Below, one piece after another: positions 17,516 through 29,857 of a DNA stretch of 64,000 bases. The DNA comes from Patescibacteria group bacterium. GTDB taxonomy: Bacteria; Patescibacteriota; Patescibacteriia; UBA10025; JAHIVO01. Location of the stretch: the NCBI GenBank assembly GCA_049325535.1, contig JBMOKY010000001.1, positions 1,008,048-1,072,047 on the forward strand, written 5' to 3'. A program made the translations under genes and the position numbers. Each line of letters starts with the position of its first letter. Within the stretch, counting starts at the first letter, position 1. The notes below the pieces were generated by a model. That model saw only the letters and a program-made list of their open reading frames with translations. It was not told the DNA's origin and did not search any database.

Positions 17516-19842
17516 ACCCGATTACCATATTCATCAACCTGCTCTTCTTCGTCATCAGTCTCCTCGACCTCAGTAACCTCATCCGGTACGTCGGATGCAT
17601 CGCTTATATCTTCCAGGGTGTCCTCACTCTGATGTGCCACTAAAATTTCCCGGGGTTTCGCACCGTCACCGGGTCCGATAACGCCCTGCTCCTCGAGGAT
17701 ATCCAAAATTCGCGCGGCACGGGCATAACCAATGCGTAACCGCCGCTGGAGAAACGATGCTGACGCTTTGCCTGCTTTTACCACGATGTCCCTGGCCTGA
17801 CTGACTAATTCATCATCACCCATATCCTCAAAGCTGCCTATCAAAGTTTTATCGACAACTTTCTGTACCACCGCCTCCTCATATTCCGGCTCGCCCTTAC
17901 TCTTCAGGAATGCGACGACACGGCTGATTTCCTCATCGGTGACAAACGCACCCTGTAATCGCCGGGGCTTAGACAGCTGGGAGGACGTATAGAGCATGTC
18001 CCCGCGTCCGAGCAGTTTCTCCGCCCCGGCGGTATCCAGAATGGTTCGGGAGTCGATCTGCGATGCCACGGCAAATGCGATTCGGGTGGTAATATTTGCC
18101 TTTATCAAACCGGTAATAATATCAACTGACGGGCGCTGAGTGGCGAGAATCAAATGGATGCCCACGGCACGAGCCATCTGCGCCAGTCGCACGATGGCTG
18201 CCTCTACTTCATTGGCTGCTACCGACATCAGGTCGGCTAATTCATCGATAGCGACCACTAGATAGGGCATCATATTACCATTATCGCGATTGTACGCCTG
18301 AATATTGCGATGGCCGGTTTTGGATAACAGTTGATACCGACGATCCATTTCAGCGACTACCCATCTGAGCGCATTGATGGTCTTCGTCACTTCATTGACC
18401 ACCGGCGTGATCAGATGCGGAATACCATTATACACCGATAATTCGACCCGCTTCGGATCCACTAAAATAAGTTTGAGTTCGTCTGGTGAATTCTGGTACA
18501 GCAGGCTGAGGATAATAGCATTCAGCATGACGGATTTGCCTGACCCTGTGGAGCCGGCGATCAAAAGATGAGGCATCGGCCCGATATCTTCCACCCACAT
18601 CGTGCCAGCCACGTCCTTCCCCACACCGATAGACAAATTTGATTTGCGTTTTTTGAATTCCTTGCTCATCAGAATCTCCTTCAGCTTTACCACCGCCACT
18701 GCTTTATTCGGTACCTCGATGCCTACCAAAGACTTGCCGGGAATCGGCGCCTCGATACGAATCGGATGAGCAGCCAGGGCCAATGCCAAGTCATTGTTCA
18801 GCGTGGTTATCTGGGATAATTTAACGCCCTCATCCGGCTTCAGCGTATACTGCGTGACGGTCGGACCTACTTTTGTTTCGCCCATTTCCACTTCAATGCC
18901 AAAATTCTGAAACGTATCATGGATAGTCTTCTTGATCATCTCAATATCACCGCTGGTCGGCTTTTCATTGCTTGATTCCAGTAAATCGACGGGGATGTCG
19001 ATCGTGCGGCGTCGAGCCTTCTCCTGGTGAAACATCGCTATCTGCTGGTGGGGTTGGGTATCAGCGGCCGAAGCGGGCTGAGCGGCAGCGTCGGGATTGG
19101 CAGTGGGCACGTCGCTGACGGCAAATGACGGAGGGGCTTGCGGAGCCGACTGGCTGGTTGCCGCATCCTCATCAGCCGCGTCACCGTCCGGGGTCTGATC
19201 CATATTCACCCGTAATCGATAAAAAAATTCACGAAACCGTTCACTGATCCGCTTGATAAAGTTTCCCTGTTCATACAGTCGGCTCAATGAGACATCAAAC
19301 ATAACTAGCAACGAAATGACAAAAACCGCAAAAAGGATAACGCCGGTTGCCCAGGGCCCCATCAATTTCTCCAGCGGGTATGACAACACAAAACCGATAT
19401 ACCCACCACCGCGTCCGCTGCCAATCTCGGATGCCGCCTGATCCAGAGGTAAGGCGATCAAATGCAAAAAACCGGTTCCGCTCAGCACCAGCAGGGCCAA
19501 CCCAACGCCGTTGGACAGCCGAAATGAGTATTGCCGCGGTCGTATCATCAGATACCCCAGATAGACCAAAATGATCGGCACCGCGATTTTACCCCAGCCG
19601 AAGAGATAGACTAACGCAGTGCGAATGGCGCCGCCAAACTGACCAGCCCAGCCGAAGAGACTAAAAAACATGACGATGGCGAGCGTAAAAACAAGTACGA
19701 TATAAATGCCGTGCTTGGTCTCGGGTTTGAGTCGCGGCTGACGTTCGTCCTGGTCGTCCGGCTGTTCTCGCCGCTCCCGCTGCGCTTCTTTTTTAAACTT
19801 TTGTAAGTATGGTTTATTTGGTTTTTTGGCCATGAACATCAC
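17512..19842 (-). CDS. ftsK: FtsK/SpoIIIE DNA translocase
   Basis: N-terminal TMs, GSTGSGKS, DELADLM, ATQRPS, LQRRLRIGYARAAR. Confidence 0.95.
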   Translation of the reverse strand: MMFMAKKPNKPYLQKFKKEAQRERREQPDDQDERQPRLKPETKHGIYIVLVFTLAIVMFFSLFGWAGQFGGAIRTALVYLFGWGKIAVPIILVYLGYLMIRPRQYSFRLSNGVGLALLVLSGTGFLHLIALPLDQAASEIGSGRGGGYIGFVLSYPLEKLMGPWATGVILFAVFVISLLVMFDVSLSRLYEQGNFIKRISERFREFFYRLRVNMDQTPDGDAADEDAATSQSAPQAPPSFAVSDVPTANPDAAAQPASAADTQPHQQIAMFHQEKARRRTIDIPVDLLESSNEKPTSGDIEMIKKTIHDTFQNFGIEVEMGETKVGPTVTQYTLKPDEGVKLSQITTLNNDLALALAAHPIRIEAPIPGKSLVGIEVPNKAVAVVKLKEILMSKEFKKRKSNLSIGVGKDVAGTMWVEDIGPMPHLLIAGSTGSGKSVMLNAIILSLLYQNSPDELKLILVDPKRVELSVYNGIPHLITPVVNEVTKTINALRWVVAEMDRRYQLLSKTGHRNIQAYNRDNGNMMPYLVVAIDELADLMSVAANEVEAAIVRLAQMARAVGIHLILATQRPSVDIITGLIKANITTRIAFAVASQIDSRTILDTAGAEKLLGRGDMLYTSSQLSKPRRLQGAFVTDEEISRVVAFLKSKGEPEYEEAVVQKVVDKTLIGSFEDMGDDELVSQARDIVVKAGKASASFLQRRLRIGYARAARILDILEEQGVIGPGDGAKPREILVAHQSEDTLEDISDASDVPDEVTEVEETDDEEEQVDEYGNRV

Positions 19843-19900
19843 CCATGTTATGCTGTCAGGGTTGCTCTATTTTACCACTTTTAGTCCAATAATTCAACAC

Positions 19901-19931
19901 AAAACCCAGCCCTCTGCTATCGAGGGCTGGG
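19901..19931 (-). terminator. Terminator after rpoC
   Basis: CCCAGCCCTC/GAGGGCTGGG stem with T-run on minus strand. Confidence 0.75.
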
Positions 19932-19947
19932 CCTGAAATCGGTTTGA

Positions 19948-22900
19948 TTATTTCTTGGCTGCTTCCGCGGACGTGTCTGGTACCGGCGGCTGATTACGGC
20001 GGAATTCAAAACCGGAACCGGCCGGGATGAGTTTACCGATAATCACGTTTTCTTTCAAACCGCGCAACGTATCGATTTTTCCGGACACCGCCGCATCAAT
20101 CAATACACGAGCTGTCTCCTGGAACGATGCAGCCGATAGGAAACTTTCGATGGACAGCGATGCTTTGGTAATACCGAGCAATAGCGGCTCACCAATCGCC
20201 GGCTCACCTTTTTCCGCAGCTGATTCTGCATTTGCTTCGAGAAATTTACTCTTCTCAATCACCTCGCCGGATAAAAGACTCGTATCGCCTGGATTTTTGA
20301 TATAGAGCCGAGAAAATATCTGACGCACGACGATTTCGATGTGTTTCTCGTTCAATTTCTGGCCTTGCGACGAATAGATGTACTGAATTTCTTTGATGAT
20401 ATATCGCTGCACGGCTTCCTGGCCTTTCAGATAGAACAGCTGGTGCAGATCCACGCTTCCGTCAGTCAAACGGTCGCCGACATTGACTAAATCGCCTTCC
20501 TTGGCCCAAACCATCTGGCCCGGCATGGCCAAAAACTCACGCTCTTTTTGCTTCTCACTGATCACCACCACCCCTTCATCGGCCAGTTTGACGGTACCTG
20601 ATGATTTTGCGAGAACTTCCTGTTCGTGATCAATATAGAGGACATCCTGCGCTTTTACTTTGGCCCCATCTTTGACTTTAATCGTGGCTTTTTTGAGATT
20701 CTTTATCTTATACAGCTGCTCATCAAGTGCCTGATGGGTGATGATGATCCGCTTGGAGCGCTTGTCATCACCATCGCGGATGGAAACAGTGCCAGCCACA
20801 TTCGCAATCACCGCTGGACGGCGGATGGGCCGCGCCTCAAATAATTCTTCAACCCGCGGAAGCCCCTGAGTGATATCCTGTCCTGCCACACCGCCGGTGT
20901 GGAACGTACGCATCGTCAACTGAGTTCCTGGCTCACCAATACTCTGTGCGGCTATGATGCCGACGGCGGTACCGAGGACGACAAGCTTATTGAATCCCAG
21001 GTCATACCCGTAGCACTTCTGGCAGATGCCCCAGCTTGATTTACAGCTCAAGACCGAACGGATCTTCACCTCAGGTAAATCAATTTTTTCCAATTTCGGT
21101 ATGTGCTCCTCGGTGACCAGTTCATTTTTCTTTACGATAACTTTTCCTTTAGTGTCCTTAATTTCCTGCAATACCACCCGACCCAGCAACCGCTTGCCCA
21201 TGCTATCGCCAAATTCGGTCCCGTCACTTTTGAGCACAAACCCGTCTTTATCACCACAATCCTTTTCTGTGACGATAACGTCCTGACATACGTCAACCAG
21301 CCGACGGGTGAGATACCCGGCATTAGCAGTACGCAATGCCGTATCCGACAGCCCTTTACGGGCACCGTGGGTGGAGATGAAATATTCCAGTACATCAAAT
21401 CCTTCTTTGAAACTCCCCTTCACCGGCAATTCGATGGTTTCACCAGCCGGGTTGGTCACCAGACCTTTCATGCCCATCATCTGGGTCGTCTGTGCCCAGG
21501 AACCACGGGCGCCTGATTCAATCATGCTGAAAATAGGACCATTTTGATCCAGCGCCTTGCGACTCACTTCCTGAATCTGATCCTTGGCGCCAGCCCAGAT
21601 TTCAATCACCTTCATGTGACGCTCATCATCGGTCAATAAGCCCTGATCGAAATGATGTTCCACCTCCTCGACCTGCTTCTCCGCTTGGGAAAGAATGTCG
21701 CGTTTCTGTGGCGGCGTCACCAGATCATCCATGCCCCAACTGATGCCGGAACGAGTAAGAAAATCAAAAGAGGCCGTCTTCAGACGATCAAGTATTTCGG
21801 TCGTCCGCGCGTTTCCAAGCGCATTGATGATAGTGCTGATCATCTTGGAAATTGCTTTCTTGTCCATGGTCTCGTTGATGTAGCCAAGTTCAGCGGGCAA
21901 AAGTTGATTGAACACCAGACGTCCTGTGGTTGTTTCGATGATGGTACCATTGACGGGCACCATGATAGCGTCCTGGATATGAATATGCCCCAACTCCTCG
22001 GCCATCACCGCCTCGTCAATCGAGCTGAAATAGTGCGGCTGACGATCATCATGTTTCCGCATGACCGTGATGTAGTACATGCCCAAAACCATATCTTGGG
22101 TCGGGCTGACGATCGGCTGGCCGGTGGATGGTTTCAATAGGTTATTGACCGAAGCAATAATCTCAGCGGCTTCGCGCTTGGCATTTTCCGTCAGCGGAAC
22201 ATGTACCGCCATCTGGTCGCCATCAAAATCAGCATTAAACGCGGAGCAGACGAGCGGATGTACCTGGATTGCTTTACCCTCGATCAGCACGGGACGAAAT
22301 GCCTGAATGCCGAGCCGGTGAAGGGTTGGAGCGCGATTCAATAATACATGCGCATCCTTTGATACCTCTTCCAGAATATCCCATACCTCCGAACGGCCCG
22401 ATTCTATGAATCGGCTGGCGCTCCGGACATTATGCACATACTCCCGTTTGATCAGCTGACTGATAATAAAGGGTTTAAAAAGTTCTAGCGCCATACGTTT
22501 TGGCAAGCCGCACTGATCCATGCGCAGATGCGGACCGACTACGATGACCGAACGCCCAGAATAATCAACGCGTTTGCCCAGCAAATTCTGACGGAATCGA
22601 CCCTGCTTGCCTTTGAGGATGTCAGCGATTGACTTGAGTTGGCGCTTTTGGCCGGTCGATGCAGTGACGGTTTTGCCATGGCGAGCATTATTGTCGATCA
22701 AAGCATCAACTGCTTCCTGCAACATGCGTTTTTCATTACGCCGGATGACTTCCGGTGCATTGAGGGCAATCAGGCGCTTCAGACGATTATTCCGATTGAT
22801 AACCCGGCGATACAAATCATTTAAATCGGACGCGGCAAATCTGCCACCATCGAGCTGTACCATTGGCCGCAGGTCAGGCGGAATCACCGGAACCACGGTC

Positions 22901-23853
22901 AAAATCATCCATTCCGGACGGAATTTATTTATCTTAAAACTCTTGAATAATTTCAAACGGCGAATGGCACGACGTTTTTTCGCGTCGGGCAAATCAGCGA
23001 TCTCTTTCTCGAGATCGACAATCATGGTATCCAAATCAATCTCACTCAGTAGATTGCGGACGCCCTCGGCACCGATTTCCGCCTCAAAGACATGACCATA
23101 TTTCAGCGACAGATCACGATACTGCTGCTCGGAAATAATCTGCAGCGGGCGAAGAGCCTTGAGTTCTTTCTTGGCCAGCTCCACCGCTTCTTCAAGGTCA
23201 TTTAATTTCTTCTCTTTGCGCTGCGTATTTGCCTGCAGTTCTTCTTCGATATCCTTCAGGAGTAGTTTTTGCTTCGCCTCATCTGGTGTTTTCGCCACTT
23301 CCTGCGCCTGACGTTGTTTGATGTCATTACTGACTCGACTGGCGTCTGCCTCGATTGACTTTTTCTTTGCCTGGTACTCGACATTGATTTGTTCCAATGT
23401 CTGATCCCGGAGCTCATTGTCAATTTTGGTGATAATGAAGTTGGCAAAATAAATTACCTTTTCCAATTCCTGGACGGAAAGATCCAGCATCAAACCAATC
23501 TTTGATGGTACCCCGCGCAAAAACCAAATATGCGAAACTGGGGCGGCCAGAGCGATATGCCCCATGCGCTCGCGGCGGACAATGCTGCGCGTCACTTCGA
23601 CGCCGCATTTATCACACACAATACCTTTATACCGAACTTTTTTGTACTTGCCACAATAACACTCCCAATCCTTGGTCGGTCCAAAAATCTTTTCACAAAA
23701 CAGTCCATCTTTCTCGGGCTTTTGCGTACGATAATTAATGGTCTCCGGTTTGGTCACCTCACCATGAGACCAGCCCATAATATTGTCCGGGCTGGCTAAT
23801 TTGAGTCGAATAGCGTTGAAATCTACGGTAGTCGGGCTTACTTCTCCAATCAT
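19948..23853 (-). CDS. rpoC: RNA polymerase beta' subunit
   Basis: NADFDGDQMAVH, N-terminal zinc ribbon, GEPGTQLTMRTFH. Confidence 0.99.
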   Translation of the reverse strand: MIGEVSPTTVDFNAIRLKLASPDNIMGWSHGEVTKPETINYRTQKPEKDGLFCEKIFGPTKDWECYCGKYKKVRYKGIVCDKCGVEVTRSIVRRERMGHIALAAPVSHIWFLRGVPSKIGLMLDLSVQELEKVIYFANFIITKIDNELRDQTLEQINVEYQAKKKSIEADASRVSNDIKQRQAQEVAKTPDEAKQKLLLKDIEEELQANTQRKEKKLNDLEEAVELAKKELKALRPLQIISEQQYRDLSLKYGHVFEAEIGAEGVRNLLSEIDLDTMIVDLEKEIADLPDAKKRRAIRRLKLFKSFKINKFRPEWMILTVVPVIPPDLRPMVQLDGGRFAASDLNDLYRRVINRNNRLKRLIALNAPEVIRRNEKRMLQEAVDALIDNNARHGKTVTASTGQKRQLKSIADILKGKQGRFRQNLLGKRVDYSGRSVIVVGPHLRMDQCGLPKRMALELFKPFIISQLIKREYVHNVRSASRFIESGRSEVWDILEEVSKDAHVLLNRAPTLHRLGIQAFRPVLIEGKAIQVHPLVCSAFNADFDGDQMAVHVPLTENAKREAAEIIASVNNLLKPSTGQPIVSPTQDMVLGMYYITVMRKHDDRQPHYFSSIDEAVMAEELGHIHIQDAIMVPVNGTIIETTTGRLVFNQLLPAELGYINETMDKKAISKMISTIINALGNARTTEILDRLKTASFDFLTRSGISWGMDDLVTPPQKRDILSQAEKQVEEVEHHFDQGLLTDDERHMKVIEIWAGAKDQIQEVSRKALDQNGPIFSMIESGARGSWAQTTQMMGMKGLVTNPAGETIELPVKGSFKEGFDVLEYFISTHGARKGLSDTALRTANAGYLTRRLVDVCQDVIVTEKDCGDKDGFVLKSDGTEFGDSMGKRLLGRVVLQEIKDTKGKVIVKKNELVTEEHIPKLEKIDLPEVKIRSVLSCKSSWGICQKCYGYDLGFNKLVVLGTAVGIIAAQSIGEPGTQLTMRTFHTGGVAGQDITQGLPRVEELFEARPIRRPAVIANVAGTVSIRDGDDKRSKRIIITHQALDEQLYKIKNLKKATIKVKDGAKVKAQDVLYIDHEQEVLAKSSGTVKLADEGVVVISEKQKEREFLAMPGQMVWAKEGDLVNVGDRLTDGSVDLHQLFYLKGQEAVQRYIIKEIQYIYSSQGQKLNEKHIEIVVRQIFSRLYIKNPGDTSLLSGEVIEKSKFLEANAESAAEKGEPAIGEPLLLGITKASLSIESFLSAASFQETARVLIDAAVSGKIDTLRGLKENVIIGKLIPAGSGFEFRRNQPPVPDTSAEAAKK

Positions 23854-23858
23854 AGGGG

Positions 23859-26800
23859 TTATTCGTTAGTGCCTTTCGTATCTGCCGCAGCAGGAGTAGC
23901 AGCTTCCGTCACTGGTGGAACGGACGCCTGCGGAGCGTCGTCACGGCCGTCATCGGTCTTTTCGCCGATCAATTCGACGTCCAGACACAAGCCTTTCAGT
24001 TCACGGATAAGCACATTAAATGTTTCGGGGATATTGAGTTTGCGGATTGACTCACCTTTGATGATTGCCTCATACGCTTTGGATCGACCGGGCACGTCAT
24101 CAGATTTGATGGTCAGCATTTCCTGCAGTGTATACGCGGCACCATAGGCTTCCAGTGCCCACACCTCCATTTCACCAAACCGCTGACCGCCGAATTGCGC
24201 CTTACCACCCAGTGGCTGCTGGGTAACCAGCGAGTACGGACCGATCGACCGCATGTGAATTTTATCTTCCACCATATGGTTCAGTTTCAAAATATACATG
24301 TACCCCACCGTCACATCTTGATCAAATTTATCACCGGTGCGACCGTCATAGAGTGTCACCTTACCATTACGGGGGAATCCCGCTTTTTCCAGTTCTTCAC
24401 GGATAGTCTCCTCATCGGTACCATTGAGCGGTGCGGTGGCTACTTTATACCCGAGCGCCTTGGCAGCCATACCGAGATGGGTCTCGAGAATCTGTCCAAT
24501 ATTCATACGGGAGGCAACACCCAGCGGATTCAGCACCACATCGACCGGGGTGCCGTCAGCCAGATGCGGCATGTCCTCTGCCGGAACGATGCGGGAGATG
24601 ACGCCTTTGTTGCCATGACGGCCGGCTAATTTGTCGCCCACCTGAATTTTACGCAACTGCGCCACGGAAACCTGAATTGATTTCAATATACCCGAGGCTA
24701 ATTTGTCGCCTTGTTCACGGGAGAAAATCTTCACATCGACAACTTTCCCTTGCTCACCATGCTCGAGATAGAGTGAACTATCCTTGACGTCTTTTGCTTT
24801 TTCCCCGAAAATCGCCCGCAGCAATTTTTCCTCTGCCGATAGCTCTGTTTCACCCTTGGGCGTAATTTTCCCAACCAGGATGTCACCGGATGACACTTCC
24901 GCTCCGATCCTGACGATACCCTCTTCGTCCAAGTCTTTTAATTTTTCTTCACCAATATTCGGTATGTCCCGCGTCACTACTTCCGGTCCCAGTTTCGTAT
25001 CACGCACATCGACGGTATAATCCTCGACGTGGATAGAAGTATATTTATCCGACTGCATCAACCGATCCGACAGTAAAATGGCATCCTCATAATTACCGCC
25101 CTCCCAGGACATAAATGCCACCAGGGCGTTTTGACCGAGCGCCAGCTCACCATGATCCGTCGCCGGTCCATCAGCCAGTACATCGCCTGGTTTTACCTGC
25201 TGACCGACTGTCACCACCGGACGCTGGTTAATACAGGTCGAGGCATTGGAGCGGACAAATTTTTGTAAACGATAGTTGTGGAGCTTACCCTGGGTATCTT
25301 TGATCTGGATCGATGCGCCGTCCACAAAGGCGACCGTGCCAGCTACTGACGCCACGATTGTCTGACCGGAATCGGTAGCCGCTTTGTGCTCCACCCCGGT
25401 TCCGACGAGCGGAGAATCAGGCATGACACAGGGCACTGCTTGCCGCTGCATATTTGAACCCATCAGAGCGCGCACGGCGTCGTCATGCTCCAAAAAGGGA
25501 ATCAGCGCGGTGGTAATGCTAATAATCTGATAGGGCGCCACATCCATGTAATCTATTTTATACACATAATCAACGGTCGGCTCACCTCGGCGACGGACTT
25601 CGGCTTTTTCATTGATGAAGTACCCGTCGTCAGTGATTGGGGTTGTCGCAGCCGTGGTGATACTGCGCTCCTCGACAAATGCATCGAGGTATACCAGCTC
25701 ATTGGTCACGTGCGGCCGAACCGGGATTGTCGGCTGACCAGTTGCCACGAGTTTTTCTGCCAGCGCTTTGGTGATAGTTTCGCCGGCATGGCCGATTACC
25801 GTGCCGGTAGCATCCGATACATCATCGCGCAGCGCCTCACCCTCGATCAGTGCTACTTTATTTTCCGGGTCATGCACGACCTTGCGGAACGGCGTTTCGA
25901 TAAATCCAAATTCATTGACCCGTGCATAGCATGACAAATGACCCACCAGTCCAATGTTTGGTCCTTCCGGGGTAGCAATCGGGCAAATCCGTCCATAGTG
26001 GGTGCGGTGTACATCGCGAACATCAAACCCAGCACGTTCACGCGACAAACCGCCGGGGCCCATGGCGGAAAGGCGTCGTTTGTGCTCCAGCTCAGCCAAA
26101 GGATTGGTCTGATCCATAAACTGGGATAGCTGCGAAGACATGAAAAATTCTTTGATAGACCCAATAATCGGTCGCGCATTGATAAGCTGATTCGGCGTCA
26201 GGGTATTGATATCCATGGTGCTCATCCGATCTTTGACGATGCGCTCCATACGCGCCAGACCGATCCGAAATTTATTCTGCACCAATTCACCGATGGCGCG
26301 GACCCGGCGATTGCCCAGGTGGTCGATATCATCGGGTTCACGTTGGGAATTATTGAGATTGATGATTTCCTTGATGATGGCCATCACGTCCTCTTTTTGC
26401 AGCACGCGGTACTCCTTTGTATTCGGGAAATCAAATCCAAAACGCTGATTTAATTTGTACCGGCCGACCCGACCAAAATCATACCGATCAAAAGAAAAAA
26501 ACATTTTATAAATCAACTCGCGTGCGTTATCGATAGTTGCCAAATCACCCGGCCGGATACGTTTATACACCTCCCGTAAACCTTCGGCTTCGTTGCGGGC
26601 GATATCCTTGTTCAGGGTAGCGCCGATATAATCCACTTCCTGGTTCAGCTGAACATCTGCGAAAAGATTACGTATCTCTTCATCCGTACCAAAACCAAAT
26701 GCGCGCAGTAAGGAGGTCACGGGCACTTTTCGCTTGCGATCGATTTTGACGGACATGACATTGTTCGCGTCAGTCTCGAGCTCCAGCCATGCGCCTCGAT

Positions 26801-27287
26801 TCGGAATAATCTTCGCTCCATAGTACCGACGTCCGCGAATAATTTCAGACGTAAAAAAAACACCAGCCGAACGGATCAGCTGGCTCACTACTACGCGCTC
26901 AATACCATTAATAATAAAAGTGCCGCGATCGGTCATGAGCGGGAAATCGCCCAGGTATACTTCCTGCTCCTTGATTTCACCGGTCTTTTTATTGACCAGT
27001 TTGGTCTCGACGCGCAATGGCGCTTCATAGGTAACATTTTTTTCTTTCGCCTTCCATTCATCAAACCGCGGCTCATCGAGGTAATAGTCGAGGAAGTATA
27101 ATTCCAAATCACGTCCGATGAAATCCTTCACCGGGGAAACCTCTTCAAACAGTTCCTTTAGTCCTTCGCGCAGAAACCATTCGTATGAATGACGCTGGGC
27201 CTCGATCAGATTTGGCAATTCGGTGACTGCCGCAGTTTTTGTAAACCGCATGCGCACAGGCGCTAAAGTCGTATGAGACGTAGACAT
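23859..27287 (-). CDS. rpoB: RNA polymerase beta subunit
   Basis: [31 protein letters not shown]; start taken at MSTSH. Confidence 0.99.
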   Translation of the reverse strand: MSTSHTTLAPVRMRFTKTAAVTELPNLIEAQRHSYEWFLREGLKELFEEVSPVKDFIGRDLELYFLDYYLDEPRFDEWKAKEKNVTYEAPLRVETKLVNKKTGEIKEQEVYLGDFPLMTDRGTFIINGIERVVVSQLIRSAGVFFTSEIIRGRRYYGAKIIPNRGAWLELETDANNVMSVKIDRKRKVPVTSLLRAFGFGTDEEIRNLFADVQLNQEVDYIGATLNKDIARNEAEGLREVYKRIRPGDLATIDNARELIYKMFFSFDRYDFGRVGRYKLNQRFGFDFPNTKEYRVLQKEDVMAIIKEIINLNNSQREPDDIDHLGNRRVRAIGELVQNKFRIGLARMERIVKDRMSTMDINTLTPNQLINARPIIGSIKEFFMSSQLSQFMDQTNPLAELEHKRRLSAMGPGGLSRERAGFDVRDVHRTHYGRICPIATPEGPNIGLVGHLSCYARVNEFGFIETPFRKVVHDPENKVALIEGEALRDDVSDATGTVIGHAGETITKALAEKLVATGQPTIPVRPHVTNELVYLDAFVEERSITTAATTPITDDGYFINEKAEVRRRGEPTVDYVYKIDYMDVAPYQIISITTALIPFLEHDDAVRALMGSNMQRQAVPCVMPDSPLVGTGVEHKAATDSGQTIVASVAGTVAFVDGASIQIKDTQGKLHNYRLQKFVRSNASTCINQRPVVTVGQQVKPGDVLADGPATDHGELALGQNALVAFMSWEGGNYEDAILLSDRLMQSDKYTSIHVEDYTVDVRDTKLGPEVVTRDIPNIGEEKLKDLDEEGIVRIGAEVSSGDILVGKITPKGETELSAEEKLLRAIFGEKAKDVKDSSLYLEHGEQGKVVDVKIFSREQGDKLASGILKSIQVSVAQLRKIQVGDKLAGRHGNKGVISRIVPAEDMPHLADGTPVDVVLNPLGVASRMNIGQILETHLGMAAKALGYKVATAPLNGTDEETIREELEKAGFPRNGKVTLYDGRTGDKFDQDVTVGYMYILKLNHMVEDKIHMRSIGPYSLVTQQPLGGKAQFGGQRFGEMEVWALEAYGAAYTLQEMLTIKSDDVPGRSKAYEAIIKGESIRKLNIPETFNVLIRELKGLCLDVELIGEKTDDGRDDAPQASVPPVTEAATPAAADTKGTNE

Positions 27288-27604
27288 AAAAATAGACTCT
27301 CCCCACCCTTTCACGTGTGAAAGAGGTTATAGAATTGGCTAATTTGTTATGATTTGAGACCTAACGTCATGTAATGTTTTGACGTCTCCGTAAGGATATG
27401 TATTTTCGATAGTAACAGATGGTGTGGGTAGTGTCAAGTTTTAAGCAAAAAACAAAAAAAGTGTCAAATCATTGCTATGGTTAGCAAAATAACAAACACT
27501 AAATATATCAGCGGAGGTTTAAAATTGATATTGATCCTCACAGGTTATCCACAGTGATGCCTGATCCTGAAGATATTCGGCAATTGACCAAACTTTTTTC
27601 TGGT

Positions 27605-28534
27605 TTATTGCCCGCCGAGCGTCGGGGGCGTCTTATCTTTTCTAATATCTGAGTGACCTTTTTCCAGCTGGGACTGCTGTCGGGCCACCCCAGCCGCCAT
27701 GAGTATTTCCTTGGCGGCATTCAGCAAGCGGGACACTACCTGCTCTTCGGATTTTCCCTCAGCGGGAATCTCATAAGAGTACTCCCCGTGACGGATCCGA
27801 TCCAAACCATGAATAAGTATTTTCAATGGTTTGGTTACTCGCCGGGCGAGAAACCACGATAAGGCAAAAATAATAGGGATGACGATAGCCACTCCAAGGA
27901 CAATCCGCCAGAGCAGCCGATGACGCGTGGCACTGATCGTTTCCGCCCGATAATCAACTCCCAGGATACCCACTGCCTCTCCTGTATCATTTCGTAATGG
28001 TGCATATCCCGACAAAAACGAGCCCCACTTATCATACGTGATCTCCGAATCAGCGCTCGGTGCAGTCAGCGCATCATAAATCGCCGGAGCGATTGAGATG
28101 TCATACGGTTCACCCAAGAGCGCCTTTTCCTCTCCCTCGTCTATCAGATTGTCACCATTACGATCCTCGGAACCGGCTGCGCTAACCACAAACAGCATGA
28201 TATTCTCGATTTCCGTCGGGCGCAGGGTGTAGATGTCGTCGATCTGATCGTTCCCCGCCATGACCGATTGGAGATACAATTCCAATACCCGATAATCCTC
28301 CGATCGCATGTCGTCCGGGGTGCGCAGGCGCTCATGTACCTCGACTGGAATAAAATTTGCCGTGCGGGTGGCGATCGTTTTCAATTCAATCTGCGTATCG
28401 GAAAATTGCTGGCGTGACAGAAGATAATAAAATGCCCCCCCGACGATCAAGACGAGCAATGACGGAAAAATTGCCAATGGCCAGAAAACATACCGCCGAT
28501 AGGGAGATAAATTGTATAATTCACTAAGAGCCAT
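27605..28534 (-). CDS. Membrane sensor-like protein (TM - extracellular domain - TM - HAMP), no output domain
   Basis: Two TMs, DKWGSFLSGYAP...GILGVD Cache-like motif, RRVTKPL HAMP start. Confidence 0.7.
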   Translation of the reverse strand: MALSELYNLSPYRRYVFWPLAIFPSLLVLIVGGAFYYLLSRQQFSDTQIELKTIATRTANFIPVEVHERLRTPDDMRSEDYRVLELYLQSVMAGNDQIDDIYTLRPTEIENIMLFVVSAAGSEDRNGDNLIDEGEEKALLGEPYDISIAPAIYDALTAPSADSEITYDKWGSFLSGYAPLRNDTGEAVGILGVDYRAETISATRHRLLWRIVLGVAIVIPIIFALSWFLARRVTKPLKILIHGLDRIRHGEYSYEIPAEGKSEEQVVSRLLNAAKEILMAAGVARQQSQLEKGHSDIRKDKTPPTLGGQ

Positions 28535-28540
28535 ATAAAT

Positions 28541-29857
28541 TTAGTGTAGTATGTCCCGTATTGCTTGTCTATCGTCCCAGGGTATGAGTCTCCCGCCCGA
28601 CACGGCCATCACGGTTTCGCTCCCCTTTCCGGTTACGAGTACGACGTCCCCCGCTTGAGCCAGTTTGAGAGCGGCAGACAGCGCCGCGCGGCGATCGGGA
28701 ATCGCCCAGCAATTTTGGTCTCGAATTTTTCCAGCCGTGATTACCCCAGCCATCACATCGTCAATGATATGTTGCGGATCCTCATCATACGGGTCTTCAT
28801 TGGTAACGATTACATAATCGGCATAGGTACCGGCCAATGTGCCCATCACCGGACGCTTTGCCCGATCCCGGCCACCACCCTGCGAACCCAATACCACTAT
28901 CAGGTGTTTGGCATGGAGCGGCTTCATCGCTCGGTACACGGACTCAAGCGAGGCTGGCTCATGAGCATAATCTACGAAGATGCGTATGCGACGCAAATTA
29001 CTGATCTCCTCGAGCCGTCCCGGAATCTGCACATTCTGCTCCACTGCCTCCCGTATTTGATTCCAGGAAATGCCGCAGGCCGCGCCGACACACGCCGCGG
29101 CAAGTATATTGTACACATTAAATGTCCCCAATAGCCATACGCGAAACAACTGATGATTGAGCACAAACTCGGTATGGTGAGCATACGCTGCCACTCGTTC
29201 AGCTATCACGTGCATATCACTCTGCTGTGGCACTGGCTGATCGGGTCGCAACGAATAGGTAAAGCGGCGATCGGCATCCGCGCTGAGGAATCGATCGGCT
29301 TCAGGGTCATCAGCATTGACGACAATCATTTTTGGAATTCGCTCACCTGCGATGACCTTGGTCGGCAATGTCGATAGCCGCTGAAAAAGCCTGAGCTTTG
29401 CATCACGATATCGTTCAAATGATCCGTGCGATTCGATGTGTTCAGGCGACAGATTGGTAAATACCGCCAGATCATAATCGATACCGACATGACGGAACTG
29501 CGCAATTCCCTCCGATGACGTCTCGACTACCACATAGCGGCAGCCGCACCAAACCATTTCCCGTAGCAATTGCTGCAAACGAAAACGGCCAGGCATCGTC
29601 TGCTTCGTCTGATTCACCCATTCTCGTGAACCGATTTTGAAATGCGTCGTGGCCACCACGCCAACGGTATTTCCTGCCTGCTCCAAGATACGACTGATCA
29701 GTGTCACGGTGGTCGATTTTCCTTTGGTACCGGTCACGCCAATAACAATCAAACGGCGCGAGGGATATCGGTACCACCAAGCGCCCATGCTTGCCAGACA
29801 CCAATGGTATGTCTGGAGTAAAAATTTCGGAATGAATTTCCTGATCAATCGTTTCAT
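28541..29857 (-). CDS. murE: MurE-family UDP-MurNAc-peptide ligase
   Basis: GVTGTKGKST, ETSSEG, FTNLSPEH, PGRLE, DYAH, NEDP, GKGSE. Confidence 0.9.
   Translation of the reverse strand: MKRLIRKFIPKFLLQTYHWCLASMGAWWYRYPSRRLIVIGVTGTKGKSTTVTLISRILEQAGNTVGVVATTHFKIGSREWVNQTKQTMPGRFRLQQLLREMVWCGCRYVVVETSSEGIAQFRHVGIDYDLAVFTNLSPEHIESHGSFERYRDAKLRLFQRLSTLPTKVIAGERIPKMIVVNADDPEADRFLSADADRRFTYSLRPDQPVPQQSDMHVIAERVAAYAHHTEFVLNHQLFRVWLLGTFNVYNILAAACVGAACGISWNQIREAVEQNVQIPGRLEEISNLRRIRIFVDYAHEPASLESVYRAMKPLHAKHLIVVLGSQGGGRDRAKRPVMGTLAGTYADYVIVTNEDPYDEDPQHIIDDVMAGVITAGKIRDQNCWAIPDRRAALSAALKLAQAGDVVLVTGKGSETVMAVSGGRLIPWDDRQAIRDILH

Noticed and set aside
23050-23430. Long charged insertion in RpoC
   Set aside because: Looks like a lineage-specific coiled-coil insert; no intein or homing-endonuclease motifs
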